Below are positions 36,432-46,883 of a stretch of 64,000 nucleotides of DNA, piece after piece. The notes under the pieces are model-generated. The model was not told where the DNA came from. It made no database searches and worked only from the letters and a program-made list of their open reading frames with translations. Origin of the DNA: Oceanispirochaeta sp. (GTDB lineage Bacteria > Spirochaetota > Spirochaetia > DSM-2461); NCBI GenBank assembly GCA_963666275.2, contig CAXXOA010000002.1:2176001-2240000 (forward strand). Direction: 5' to 3'. The translations under genes and the position numbers were made by a program. How positions within the stretch are numbered: the first letter of the stretch is position 1; every line of letters begins with the position of its first letter.

Positions 36432-37979
36432 ATGAGTGATGTCATCCTGAAAATGGAAAACATAACAAAAACATTCCCTGGTGTCAAAGCTTTGGATAAT
36501 GTGAATATTCAGGTAAAAAAGGCTGAGGTTCATGCTATTTGCGGTGAAAATGGTGCGGGTAAATCTACTTTGATAAAAGTATTAAGCGGTGTTTATCCTA
36601 CCGGAACCTATAATGGTGAAATCTCTATTAGGGGAGAAAAATTCACATTTTCCAATACAGCTGATGCAGAAAAACAAGGTATAGTCTGTATTCATCAGGA
36701 GCTGGAACTCATACCCGAGTTGAGTGTTGGGGAAAATATTTTCTTGGGCAAATATCCTTTAAAACATGGAATCATAAATTGGGATCAGATTAATTCACAA
36801 ACGAGAGTGTTGCTTGAACAAGTCGGCTTGGTGTCTCAGGGGAATGCAGGAGTCTCTTCAGTATCTCCCGATGATAAAATTGTAAATTTAGGAATAGGTC
36901 AGAAACAGCTTGTTGAAATAGCCAAAGCATTGGCACGGGATGCACAGATCCTTATTCTGGATGAGCCGACTGCAGCATTAACAGAGTCAGAAGTGGAAAC
37001 GCTCTTAGGCATTATTAAGAATTTGAGAGAAAAAGGGATCGCATGCATATATATCTCTCACAAACTTGATGAAGTCATGGAAATTTCTGATTCTGTTACA
37101 GTTCTTCGTGATGGGAGTACAATTGGATCCTGGCCCATTCATGAGCTAACAAAGAACGATATCATAAGAAACATGGTTGGTCGTAATCTTACAAACCTGT
37201 TCCCTTATGAGGACCATGAAAGGGGAGATGTTGTTCTTGAAGTGAAAAATTACTCAGTAAGAGACCCTGAGCATTCAAGTAGAAATATCATTAATGATGT
37301 TAGTTTTAAGGCATATAAAGGAGAAATCCTTGGTGTAAGTGGTCTGATGGGTGCGGGAAGGACAGAATTGTTTTCCAGTATTTTTGGAGCCTATCCTTCT
37401 TATCATGAAGGCGAGGTTATCATAGATGGGGAAACTGTAAAGATAAAAAATCCTGCAGATGCTATAGGAAGGGGACTGGCTCTGGTTTCTGAAGACAGGA
37501 AACGCTATGGATTGGTACTTGGAATGGATATTAAAGAGAATACCACTCTTGCCTCCTTGAGAAAAATTTCAAGATCCGGTGTTGTTAATCTAAATAAAGA
37601 GATTTCATTAACGAATGAGCTTGTTGAAAAGTTGAAAACCAAAACGCCCGGAGTTGAAGAGCGGGTAAAAAACCTTAGCGGTGGTAATCAGCAGAAGGTA
37701 GTTCTTCAAAAAGCGCTTCTTACCAAACCCAGGTTATTGATTCTGGATGAACCTACAAGAGGAATAGATGTGGGTGCCAAATATGAAATTTATAATATTA
37801 TGAATCAGCTGGTACGAGAAGGAGTTGCTGTAATAATGATCTCTTCTGAACTGGAAGAAATCTTGGGAATGAGTAACCGGGTCTATGTAATGAGTCAGGG
37901 ACAGATCAGTCAGGAGTTTAGCCGTGATGAGGCAACTCAGGAATCAATTATGCATGCAGCTGTAGGAGGGAAAGGATGA
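36432..37979 (+). CDS. XylG-like monosaccharide ABC ATP-binding protein
   Basis: GENGAGKST, tandem NBDs, LSGGNQQK, DEPTRGIDVGAK. Confidence 0.95.
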   Translation: MSDVILKMENITKTFPGVKALDNVNIQVKKAEVHAICGENGAGKSTLIKVLSGVYPTGTYNGEISIRGEKFTFSNTADAEKQGIVCIHQELELIPELSVGENIFLGKYPLKHGIINWDQINSQTRVLLEQVGLVSQGNAGVSSVSPDDKIVNLGIGQKQLVEIAKALARDAQILILDEPTAALTESEVETLLGIIKNLREKGIACIYISHKLDEVMEISDSVTVLRDGSTIGSWPIHELTKNDIIRNMVGRNLTNLFPYEDHERGDVVLEVKNYSVRDPEHSSRNIINDVSFKAYKGEILGVSGLMGAGRTELFSSIFGAYPSYHEGEVIIDGETVKIKNPADAIGRGLALVSEDRKRYGLVLGMDIKENTTLASLRKISRSGVVNLNKEISLTNELVEKLKTKTPGVEERVKNLSGGNQQKVVLQKALLTKPRLLILDEPTRGIDVGAKYEIYNIMNQLVREGVAVIMISSELEEILGMSNRVYVMSQGQISQEFSRDEATQESIMHAAVGGKG

Positions 37980-39118
37980 AGACCAAAGGGGTTGATTTAA
38001 AGAAGGTAGATTTGCGAAATTATGTAATGTTCGCAGCATTGCTGGTAATCTGGGTGATGTTTTCAATATTGACTGATGGTAAATTCCTTTTGACGCGAAA
38101 TATTTCAAATCTAACACGCCAAATGGCTATAGTGGGTATTATGGGTGTCGGAATGGTTTTAGTTATCATTACAGGGAATATTGATCTTTCTGTAGGTTCA
38201 GTTATGGGGGCACTTGGAGGATTAGCTGCTGCCTTGCATATATGGAATGGTGTAAATCCATTTATGACTATACTGATTGTTCTTCTTGGAGGCGTAATAA
38301 TTGGGATGATTCAGGGGTCAATAGTATCATATCTGGAAGTCCCTGCATTTATAGTCACCTTGGGGGGGTTATTAATTTTTCGTGGTGTACTATTGGGAAT
38401 TACAAAAGGTATTTCTATCGCTCCATTTGTAAATGTGTACAAGATCTTCGGTCAAGCATATGTGGATCCATCAGCAGTCTGGGTAATCGTGATTGTCTCG
38501 TGTATTATCATTTTCTTATTGGCACTAAACAGAAGAAAATCAAGGATTAAATACAATTTCTCCGTTGATAAGATTTCTGTTTTCATGGTTAAAAACCTGC
38601 TTTTCTGCCTCATAATTGTAGGGGTAGCTGCAATATTAAATAATTACAAAGGTTTACCTGTACCGGTTCTTATTATGATTATTCTTGTATTGGTATTTAC
38701 ATTTGTAGCTGAAAAAACAACCTTTGGACGCAGTATTTATGCTATGGGTGGCAATTATGAAGCAACTATGTATTCTGGTATTAAAGTTAAACGAAATCTA
38801 GTTATCGTATTTATGCTTAATGGCTTAATGGCCGCAATAGCTGGAATTATTCTTTCAGCCAGATTGAATGCAGGAACACCTTCTGCCGGGATGAATATGG
38901 AGTTAGATGCTATTGCAGCGACAGTAATTGGTGGAACCAGTATGTCCGGCGGGTCGGGTAAAGTTGCAGGAGCAATTGTTGGAGCTTTCTTTATGGCTTC
39001 GATAGACAATGGTATGAGTATGATGAATGTCGATGCTTACTGGCAGTATATCGTAAAAGGGATAATTCTGGTTACCGCTGTATGGTTTGATATTTATTCA
39101 AGTAAGAAGTCAAAATAG
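37976..39118 (+). CDS. XylH-like monosaccharide ABC permease
   Basis: IDLSVGS, PAFIVTLGG, ELDAIAATVIGGTS. Confidence 0.93.
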   Translation: MKTKGVDLKKVDLRNYVMFAALLVIWVMFSILTDGKFLLTRNISNLTRQMAIVGIMGVGMVLVIITGNIDLSVGSVMGALGGLAAALHIWNGVNPFMTILIVLLGGVIIGMIQGSIVSYLEVPAFIVTLGGLLIFRGVLLGITKGISIAPFVNVYKIFGQAYVDPSAVWVIVIVSCIIIFLLALNRRKSRIKYNFSVDKISVFMVKNLLFCLIIVGVAAILNNYKGLPVPVLIMIILVLVFTFVAEKTTFGRSIYAMGGNYEATMYSGIKVKRNLVIVFMLNGLMAAIAGIILSARLNAGTPSAGMNMELDAIAATVIGGTSMSGGSGKVAGAIVGAFFMASIDNGMSMMNVDAYWQYIVKGIILVTAVWFDIYSSKKSK

Positions 39119-39254
39119 TAATTCTTAATCAAGAATTGGATATTTGTTTTCTGGTTGATATTTAGACAATCAGAAAACTGATCAATACCATCATTTTCAT
39201 TTTAATGAGCTTCTGAATTGAATTATTGGAGATGATGGGAATGTATTTTATTAA

Positions 39255-39275
39255 TGGCATACCAATAGAATGCCA
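39255..39275 (+). promoter_or_regulatory. Tandem TGGnATRCCA-type operator upstream of iolN
   Basis: TGGCATACCA-A-TAGAATGCCA, 11-bp period. Confidence 0.6.
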
Positions 39276-39298
39276 AAGGTGTATATGGAGGTAAAGTT

Positions 39299-40270
39299 AT
39301 GAGTAAATGGACAATCCCCCCTGAGGGCGGACACATGGAAAGACCCACTGGTGTATATTATCAGACAATGAATGGGAAACAGATTGAAGAGCGGCTGAAA
39401 AAGAGTGATATGTTGATTCTGCCAATCGGTAGTACTGAAAATCATGGATTGAACGCCTGCGCCGGTGAGGATACATTTTTGGTTACCAGGCTGGCAGAAG
39501 CCGTTGCCCAGAAGACAGGATGTACTGTAGCTGAACCCATCTGGTACGGGTCTCATCCTTTCCATCATCTTGGAATGCCCGGAACAATTGTTATTCCTGA
39601 AGAAGACCTGGCTGCTTATATACGTGCTGTTGTTGCAGGTTTCTGGAACTCCGGTTTCAGGAAGATTATACTCCTGAATGGCCATGGGCAGGATTATGTG
39701 ATTCCTCTGGCAATTCATCAGTTTGCCAAAAAATACCAGGTTCCCGCGGTTCTGGTTAATGTGAACTGGTGGTTTGTAATTCCCGAATATCTGAAAGATA
39801 AGGCCCATGGCGGTGTCTTTGATACTCCTTTTATTCATGCGGATGAGGTGGAAACTTCCTACTCAATGGCTCTATTCCCTGAGCTGATAGATCAGCAGTA
39901 TGCACAGAAAACCACACCTTTGAGCATTTTTCCCGCAGGTCACATTAATAAATCAGGTAGTGTCTATAAGGAAGAATCTCCCATTGACTTCTGGTGTCAG
40001 GTAGGGGCTTCAGCCATTGAGGTGGTTTCTACTCCCGAAGGTGTTGTGGGAGATGCTACTCTGGCGGATCCTGAAAAGGCAAGACCAGGTGTTTATGCCA
40101 TGCTGGACTATCTGGAAAAACTAATCAACGACATTATGGAGATGTATCCTGTTGGAAAGCTTCCTCCCATCGAAGCGATGACAATGAGGGATAAGAAAGA
40201 GATTGAGGATGTTATCAAAGGGCCTACTAACGGCGGAAAACATCTGTATACCCTGGCATATCCTACCTGA
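39299..40270 (+). CDS. iolN: 3-dehydro-scyllo-inosose hydrolase (creatininase family)
   Basis: MERPTGVYYQTM N-terminus as recalled for Thermotoga IolN; GSTENHG, GEDT, NGHG, HADEVETS; iolM/iolO context. Confidence 0.8.
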   Translation: MSKWTIPPEGGHMERPTGVYYQTMNGKQIEERLKKSDMLILPIGSTENHGLNACAGEDTFLVTRLAEAVAQKTGCTVAEPIWYGSHPFHHLGMPGTIVIPEEDLAAYIRAVVAGFWNSGFRKIILLNGHGQDYVIPLAIHQFAKKYQVPAVLVNVNWWFVIPEYLKDKAHGGVFDTPFIHADEVETSYSMALFPELIDQQYAQKTTPLSIFPAGHINKSGSVYKEESPIDFWCQVGASAIEVVSTPEGVVGDATLADPEKARPGVYAMLDYLEKLINDIMEMYPVGKLPPIEAMTMRDKKEIEDVIKGPTNGGKHLYTLAYPT

Positions 40271-40278
40271 GGACTCGT

Positions 40279-41094
40279 ATGAAGATTGTTGCAAGTGTTA
40301 CTCCAAACAGTACGAAATTTGGCCCATTGCTCTACCCTGGTGAGCTTGAAAAAGCGATTATTGAATTAGCTGATTTTGGTTATGACGGGATAGAGCTTAG
40401 TTTGAGAACACCACTGGATGTTGATCCGGTCGTGCTGTTTGACTTGCTCGATAAAAAAGGGCTTGAATTGGTTTCCATAGCTACTGGACAGAGTTTTGTT
40501 GAGGATGGGTACTCTCTTTACGACCCTGATCCGGAGATCCGTGAAAAGACTGTTACCAGAATGAAAGGATATATGGATATGCTTTCTTCTGGTGGTGGAA
40601 TGGTTATTCTCGGTGGAATTAAAGGGAAGCTCAATGACCAGGATCGGAATATTCAGATAAATGGTGGTGATGCAGCAATTGATAAGTGTCTGGATTATGC
40701 AGAGAAAAAAAGAGTAACTCTTCTACTGGAAGCTATTAACAGGTATGAAACCAATTTGTTCAATACTGTAGAGTCTTGTGTAAATTTTGCAAAGTCCAGG
40801 GGCTCGGAATATCTGAAAGTTCTACCTGATGCTTTCCATATGAATATTGAAGAGACGGATATGAAACAGTCTCTTGATATGGCTGGAAAGTATATAGGCG
40901 CCATTCACTGTGCGGACAGTAACAGGCTTGCTCCTGGAATGGGGCATATCAACTTTAAGGAGTTACTGGGAAATCTGTCCCATTACACAGGTCTGAGATA
41001 CCTGGGAGTTGAAGTTCTACCTTTGCCGGACAGCAGGTCGTGTGCTGAAACAGCTATTGCAACTATCAGAGAATGCCTTTTAAAGGAGGAATAA
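40279..41094 (+). CDS. IolO-like TIM-barrel sugar epimerase (5-keto-L-gluconate epimerase-like)
   Basis: IATGQ, EAINRYET, DAFHMNIEE, HCADSNR..PG.GH. Confidence 0.75.
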   Translation: MKIVASVTPNSTKFGPLLYPGELEKAIIELADFGYDGIELSLRTPLDVDPVVLFDLLDKKGLELVSIATGQSFVEDGYSLYDPDPEIREKTVTRMKGYMDMLSSGGGMVILGGIKGKLNDQDRNIQINGGDAAIDKCLDYAEKKRVTLLLEAINRYETNLFNTVESCVNFAKSRGSEYLKVLPDAFHMNIEETDMKQSLDMAGKYIGAIHCADSNRLAPGMGHINFKELLGNLSHYTGLRYLGVEVLPLPDSRSCAETAIATIRECLLKEE

Positions 41095-41096
41095 TT

Positions 41097-42257
41097 ATGA
41101 GAGCTTTTTATGTTGAAGCCGATTGGGCTCCAAAAAAAGACTATGTACTTTCCGAAAGGGAAATCTCGACGAAAAGATCCCTGAGGGGAAATTCCATCTG
41201 GAAGAATATCCGGGGAAATGTTATAGACCGCCCCGTTCCTGAACCCGAAGACGGTCAGGTTCTGCTTAAAGTGGGAGCTGCCGGGATTTGTGGAACAGAT
41301 GCGCATCTTTTGAAAATGGATGATGAAGGATATACCCTTTACAACGGTCATTCAAAATATCCCATCATTACAGGACATGAGTTTTCAGGTGAAGTCGTTG
41401 AAGTGGGAAAGGGTGTCAAACGTTTGAAAGTTGGAGACCTGGTAAGTGTAGAGTCCATGCACTGGTGCGGTGAGTGTGATGCATGCCGGATGGGTATGTT
41501 CAATCAATGCCGTAATCTGGAAGAACCAGGCTTGACCTATGATGGCGGATTTGCCGAGTTTGCAACGGTAAAAGAGAAATACTGCTATGTTCTTAATGAT
41601 ATCGTCAACCACTACGGCGATAAAATGACCGCTTTTGAACTGGGAGCAATGATTGAACCCACCGGTGTAGCTTATAACGGTATTTTTGTCCGTGCTGGAG
41701 GTTTAAGGCCTGGAGGACATGCTGTTGTATTCGGTGCCGGCCCCATCGGATTGGCTGCGATCTCATTGCTTAAAACTTCCGGTGCTGCCAAGCTTATTGC
41801 TTTTGAAACAATTCCCGAACGTCAGGAACTGGCTAAACAGTGCGGTGCCGACTATGTGTTCAATCCTGCAGACTTTAAGGATGCAGAAGAACAGGCATCC
41901 ATGCTGATGGATCTGACAAATGGAAGAGGAATCTCTCTGTTTGCCGAGTGTGCGGGGGCAACTAAGTTCACCTATCCGGTCATGGCAAAATCCCTGGCTA
42001 TTAAGGGTAAAACTGTTCAGATCGGACATCCAATCGGATCTACACCGGTTGATACCTTCTACTGGCAGTGGAATGCTGCAGGAATTTACGGTTCAAACGG
42101 ACAATCCGGAGAGGGCATCTATACAGATGTCATTGCTCTGATGGCATCCGGAAGGATTGATATGAGAAAAATGTGTACTGGAAGATACAATCTTGAGGAT
42201 ATTAAAAAAGGTATGGAAATAACCTCGGGTAAAGTTCTGGTCAGTACCAGTTATTAA
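41097..42257 (+). CDS. IolM-like Zn dehydrogenase (scyllo-inosose 3-dehydrogenase paralog)
   Basis: Extended N-terminus EADWAPK...GNSIWKN; GICGTD, GHEFSG, WCGECDAC, EPTGVAYNG. Confidence 0.75.
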   Translation: MRAFYVEADWAPKKDYVLSEREISTKRSLRGNSIWKNIRGNVIDRPVPEPEDGQVLLKVGAAGICGTDAHLLKMDDEGYTLYNGHSKYPIITGHEFSGEVVEVGKGVKRLKVGDLVSVESMHWCGECDACRMGMFNQCRNLEEPGLTYDGGFAEFATVKEKYCYVLNDIVNHYGDKMTAFELGAMIEPTGVAYNGIFVRAGGLRPGGHAVVFGAGPIGLAAISLLKTSGAAKLIAFETIPERQELAKQCGADYVFNPADFKDAEEQASMLMDLTNGRGISLFAECAGATKFTYPVMAKSLAIKGKTVQIGHPIGSTPVDTFYWQWNAAGIYGSNGQSGEGIYTDVIALMASGRIDMRKMCTGRYNLEDIKKGMEITSGKVLVSTSY

Positions 42258-42300
42258 TTATGAAAGAAAAACACAAGTACTATTGAAAGGAGAAAGAAAT

Positions 42301-43359
42301 ATGAAAGCGAATATCGCATTTATGCATGGACCCCATGATTTACGGATCGAAGAAGTGGAACTTCCCGAACTGAAACCTGATCAGGTACTTTTTAAAATGA
42401 AAGCCTGTGGTATCTGTGGATCGGATGTTGAATGTTTTGAAGGCGAATCAGCTGAAGGCCGATACGACATCGCTCCTTATACACCCGGTCATGAATTTGC
42501 CGGAGTTTGTGCGGGAGTCGGTTCTGCTGTAACCTCAGTTAAGGTTGGTGACAAGATTGTTGGAGACTGCGTTCTTGCCTGTGGTAATTGTGCCAACTGT
42601 AAAGATGATAAAATGCCTTCTGCCTGTCTGAACATGAGAGAAACAGGTTTTATGCCGAATTCTCCCGGTGGAATGGGCGAATACATGATCCTGGAAGAGA
42701 AATATACGCATGTTATTCCTCAGGACTGGGATTATGAACTGGGTGCCTGGGTGGAGACTTTTAATGTAGGTTACTGGGGAGTCTGGGGAAATGGCTGTGA
42801 TCCAGATGCTTCTGATGTATGTGCAATTGTCGGTGGTGGCCCGATCGGTCTTAGTGCCGCTATGGTATGTAAAGAGTCAGGAGCAAAGGTTATTGTTATT
42901 GATCCGATTCCTGCCAGGAGAGAAAATGCCCTGAAATACGGAGCAGATATTGTTCTTGATCCTACTGCCGGTAATATTGAACAGATGGTAAAAGACCATT
43001 CTGATGGGAAAGGCGCTTCAGTTGTTATTGAATGTTCCGGTAATGATGTGGGAATCGCTTCTATTTTTGATATTTCAGCTCACAATGCCAGAATTGGTGT
43101 GGTTGGTCACTCAATCGGACGTAAAGTCCCCGTTGAACTGGGAAAGATTATCTGGAAAACTTTGACACTGCGCGGGTCTGGCGGGACAAAACTCTGGTTT
43201 CCCAGAACGATACGATTTATGTCTCAGATTAAGGATAAATATGATTTTGCTGCTCTCAATACTCATCATTTCAAGTTTAAAGATCTGGATAAGGCGATGG
43301 ATATGGCTGTACATCACAAGGATATTGCCAGAAAAGTAATGCTGACATTTGATGATTAA
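42301..43359 (+). CDS. Zn-dependent medium-chain dehydrogenase (cyclitol/polyol)
   Basis: GICGSD, GHEF, CGNCANC, GGGPIG. Confidence 0.9.
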   Translation: MKANIAFMHGPHDLRIEEVELPELKPDQVLFKMKACGICGSDVECFEGESAEGRYDIAPYTPGHEFAGVCAGVGSAVTSVKVGDKIVGDCVLACGNCANCKDDKMPSACLNMRETGFMPNSPGGMGEYMILEEKYTHVIPQDWDYELGAWVETFNVGYWGVWGNGCDPDASDVCAIVGGGPIGLSAAMVCKESGAKVIVIDPIPARRENALKYGADIVLDPTAGNIEQMVKDHSDGKGASVVIECSGNDVGIASIFDISAHNARIGVVGHSIGRKVPVELGKIIWKTLTLRGSGGTKLWFPRTIRFMSQIKDKYDFAALNTHHFKFKDLDKAMDMAVHHKDIARKVMLTFDD

Positions 43360-43452
43360 GATTAAAACCGGGGTTGTTATCTCTTCCTTATCAAACACTG
43401 TAATGACAGCTTGATTTTTCAAAATAATAATCTCTGTTTTCTGCTGCGTATT

Positions 43453-43489
43453 GGACCATTCTGGATTTTTCTGAAATGGTCCTTTTTTT
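43453..43489 (+). terminator. Rho-independent terminator
   Basis: GGACCATT...AATGGTCC + TTTTTTT. Confidence 0.65.
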
Positions 43490-43575
43490 ATTAATTAAAA
43501 ATAAAATAAAATTATAATGAATTATAGATATCTTCATTGTAATATAAATAGGCATCAGAAAATGAGAGGACTATA

Positions 43576-44769
43576 ATGGGTAAAATGAAAGCATTGGTAC
43601 TTGACGCTGATTGGCAACCCGAAGCTAATTATCTGGGTGGTAGTAGAGATATAGAAGGGAAGCAAGCTACAGTGGGAAGTAAAGTTTGGAAAAATCCTTT
43701 ACTCAAAATTAAAGAATTGCCAATTCCAGAGCCAGGTGCTGGTGAAGTCTTGTTGAAAGTCAAAGCATGTGGGATTTGTGGAAGTGATATACATATGGCT
43801 CATATTCAAGAAAATGGATATATACCGTATCCAGGCCTTACCAGTTTCCCTATTATTTTGGGACATGAAATATCAGGTGTAGTCGTAAAATCAGGATCAA
43901 ATGCAATAGACAGGAAAACAGGCCTTCCTTTTAAGGAAGGAGAAATTGTTTGTGCTGAAGAAATGCAATGGTGTGGCAAATGCTCTTCTTGTGTTATAGG
44001 TGAACCTAATTATTGTGAAAATTTGAATGAAATGGGATTTAATAAAAATGGTGGGTTTGCTGAATATGTTGTTATCCCTGATAAATCTATTTGGAGCTTG
44101 GAACCTCTGAAAGACAGGTTTTCAGAAAAGGATATTTTCCTGGCAGGAAGTTTGATTGAACCAGCCGCAGTCGCTTATAATGCCATTTTTACTTTAGCGG
44201 GGGCCATTTATCCTGGACAGATTGTCATTGTAAATGGAGGAGGACCTATTGGACTTTCTGCTTGTGCTCTAGCAAAAAGATCTGGAGCATCAATTGTCAT
44301 TTTAATAGAACCTTCAGAATCCAGACGGACAATCGGAAAAAAAATAGGTGCTGATTTTTCTTTGGATAACACCAACGTTGATCTTCAATCAGAGATCTTG
44401 AGAATAACAAATGGAAAAGGAGCACATCTATATATTGAATCATCGGGATATACATCTGATTTTTGGAATACTGTTGAAAAATGTATTTGGAGAGGAACTA
44501 CTATAGGTTCCAAAGTCTGCATAATTTCCAGAAGTGATGAACAAGTATCTATATCGCCGGATGTATTGCAAGTTAAAAAAGCTTCAATTTTTGGTTCATA
44601 TGGACATGCAGGTCACAATAACTTTTACTATGTAATTGAATCAGTCGCTATGGGTTTGAATTTATTGCCAATGATAACAAAAACAATATGTCTTGAGGAA
44701 ACTCCCAATATACTGAAGTCTTTACAATTTGACAAAACAGATTGTAAAGTAACAGTTCTCATGGAATAA
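43576..44769 (+). CDS. iolM: scyllo-inosose 3-dehydrogenase
   Basis: DADWQP...DIEGKQATVGSKVWKNP, YPGLTSFPIILGHE, CAEEMQWCGKC as recalled for Thermotoga IolM. Confidence 0.78.
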   Translation: MGKMKALVLDADWQPEANYLGGSRDIEGKQATVGSKVWKNPLLKIKELPIPEPGAGEVLLKVKACGICGSDIHMAHIQENGYIPYPGLTSFPIILGHEISGVVVKSGSNAIDRKTGLPFKEGEIVCAEEMQWCGKCSSCVIGEPNYCENLNEMGFNKNGGFAEYVVIPDKSIWSLEPLKDRFSEKDIFLAGSLIEPAAVAYNAIFTLAGAIYPGQIVIVNGGGPIGLSACALAKRSGASIVILIEPSESRRTIGKKIGADFSLDNTNVDLQSEILRITNGKGAHLYIESSGYTSDFWNTVEKCIWRGTTIGSKVCIISRSDEQVSISPDVLQVKKASIFGSYGHAGHNNFYYVIESVAMGLNLLPMITKTICLEETPNILKSLQFDKTDCKVTVLME

Positions 44770-44838
44770 TAATTGCCAAAATTGGAGTTATTTACTCTAT
44801 AAGGTTAATTTGAAATACTTATTAGGAAAGATTTATAT

Positions 44839-45489
44839 ATGACAAAGGACCAAAAAAAATCAAAGAGTGAACAAGTGTATCAGCAGCTTAAGGAAATGAT
44901 TGTCTCTCATGAATTAGCTCAGGGAGCACCGTTGTCTGAAAGAAATATCAGCCATCTTTTTGAAGCAAGCAGGACGCCAGTTCGAGAGGCGCTGAAAAGA
45001 TTGAGTACCGAGCATTTCGTTGAAATGACTCCTGAATACGGAGCATTGGTTTCAAAAATTACTTATGAAACTATTCTTGAAGTCTATGAAACACGTGAAG
45101 TCCTTGAAGGATTGGCTGCAAAATTATGTGCTGAAAATTTGCAGCAATCAGAAAAACTGGATCTAGAAAGGATCTCGGCAGAATTTTTGCTTAGCTTAAA
45201 AGAAGGCAGATTTTCTGATTCTATTCCTATTGATATGCAATTTCATAGTTTTTTGATTACACATAGTAGAAATTCTATGCTTTCCAGTATGATTAATATG
45301 CTATTTGATCATAGTCGAAGAATCACCAGGTTGATAGAATACACAGATGAGTGGTCGGCAACTGTTCAAAGGCAGCATTCAGATATAGCTAAGTTTATTT
45401 TGGAAGGGAATGGTGAACTGGCGGAGGCTGCGATGCGGGAGCACATTGCTTCTTCCCGGGAAAGACATTTATTACAGATAAGACGGTAA
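44839..45489 (+). CDS. GntR (FCD) family regulator
   Basis: LSER...SRTPVREAL, FH...H...H. Confidence 0.93.
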   Translation: MTKDQKKSKSEQVYQQLKEMIVSHELAQGAPLSERNISHLFEASRTPVREALKRLSTEHFVEMTPEYGALVSKITYETILEVYETREVLEGLAAKLCAENLQQSEKLDLERISAEFLLSLKEGRFSDSIPIDMQFHSFLITHSRNSMLSSMINMLFDHSRRITRLIEYTDEWSATVQRQHSDIAKFILEGNGELAEAAMREHIASSRERHLLQIRR

Positions 45490-45628
45490 AAACAAATAAC
45501 AATTAGAAATCAAAAAATCTATATTTAATATGAATTCTTAATATTTTTGTTTCCCAAACAAAAGTAAGTTAGTTATCTTTTCTGATCAATTCATTTTTTT
45601 TGTTGGAGTAGAAGTTTTACACCATTTT

Positions 45629-45660
45629 GTTTGACACCAGTGGAATACCAATGGTATCAT
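45629..45660 (+). promoter_or_regulatory. Promoter with TGGnATRCCA operator in the spacer
   Basis: GTTTGACACCAGTGGAATACCAATGGTATCAT. Confidence 0.75.
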
Positions 45661-45689
45661 ATAATCAATCAATTTAAGGAGGAATGCAA

Positions 45690-46772
45690 ATGAAAAGAGT
45701 TATTTTTCTTTTGCTGCTGGTAATGCTTATCAGCCCGGTTATGATGTTTGCTAATGGAGGACAGGATTCCAGTGCAACCGCTAAAGATGATGGTGTAATA
45801 AAAATCGGTGTATCTATCGGAACTCTCAAGCAGGAACGCTGGCAGCGGGAAATCGAGATGTTTCAAGCTTATGCGGAAGAGAATGGAATCGAGTTAATGG
45901 TTCAATCTGCTGAAGATGAAGCCATGAAACAGATGTCTCAATGCGAAAACCTGCTTTCTCAGGGGATTGATGTTCTCATCGTTCAGGCTCTTGATTCAGA
46001 AGCTATGGGATCAATTGTTGAACCTGCCCATGAAGTTGGTGTACCAGTTATCGCTTATGACAGGTTTGTCCGGAATGGTGATCTTGATTATTACATTACA
46101 TTCGATTCAGTTAAAGTAGGTGAAGTAGAGGCACAATTTGTAGTGGATCAGGCTCCTAAAGGAAATTATATCTGGCTGAAAGGTGGTCCTGAGGATTTTA
46201 ATGCGCATCTGGTTTATGAAGGACATCAGCATGTTCTTCAACCATATATTGATAGTGGGGATATCAAAATCGTACTGGAACAATGGTGTAAAGGATGGAG
46301 TCCCGAAGAAGCACTAAAACATACTGAAAATGGTTTGACCTTGGCAGGGAATGATGTACAAGCTGTCATAGCATCCAATGATGGCACTGCTGGCGGAGCT
46401 ATTCAGGCACTAGCCGCTCAGGGATTAGCCGGGAAGGTGCCTATTGCCGGACAGGATGCAGATATAGCTGCTTGCCAGAGAATTGTTGAAGGACTTCAGA
46501 CAGGTACTGTATACAAGCCTCTTGCCATGTTAAACCAGGCCGCAATGGAAGTAGCAGTTGCTCTGGCCGAAGGTAAAGATCCAAAGCTTACTATAGGAAC
46601 TGATCTGGGTATTTGGACAAAACTGGACAATGGAACAAAGATGGTTGATTCTTATTCTGTGGATGTTGTGGCAGTAAATAAAGATAATATGGTAGATATT
46701 ATCATCGGTGATGGTTTTCATACTATGGAAGATGTTTACAAGAATGTTCCAAAAGATCAGTGGCCCAAGTGA
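45690..46772 (+). CDS. XylF-like ABC solute-binding protein
   Basis: Signal peptide; ERWQRE, IAYDR, NDGTAGG, GQDAD, TVYKP. Confidence 0.9.
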   Translation: MKRVIFLLLLVMLISPVMMFANGGQDSSATAKDDGVIKIGVSIGTLKQERWQREIEMFQAYAEENGIELMVQSAEDEAMKQMSQCENLLSQGIDVLIVQALDSEAMGSIVEPAHEVGVPVIAYDRFVRNGDLDYYITFDSVKVGEVEAQFVVDQAPKGNYIWLKGGPEDFNAHLVYEGHQHVLQPYIDSGDIKIVLEQWCKGWSPEEALKHTENGLTLAGNDVQAVIASNDGTAGGAIQALAAQGLAGKVPIAGQDADIAACQRIVEGLQTGTVYKPLAMLNQAAMEVAVALAEGKDPKLTIGTDLGIWTKLDNGTKMVDSYSVDVVAVNKDNMVDIIIGDGFHTMEDVYKNVPKDQWPK

Positions 46773-46788
46773 TCTAAACGCAATCTAG

Positions 46789-46821
46789 AAAGAAATTCCG
46801 GCGGTATGTCGGAATTTCTTT
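46789..46821 (+). terminator. Stem-loop after the SBP gene
   Basis: AAAGAAATTCCG...CGGAATTTCTTT. Confidence 0.6.
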
Positions 46822-46883
46822 GCAAAAATGAATTATATATTTTCTCAATTAGAAATAGCTCATTAATATAAGGACGATTTGTA

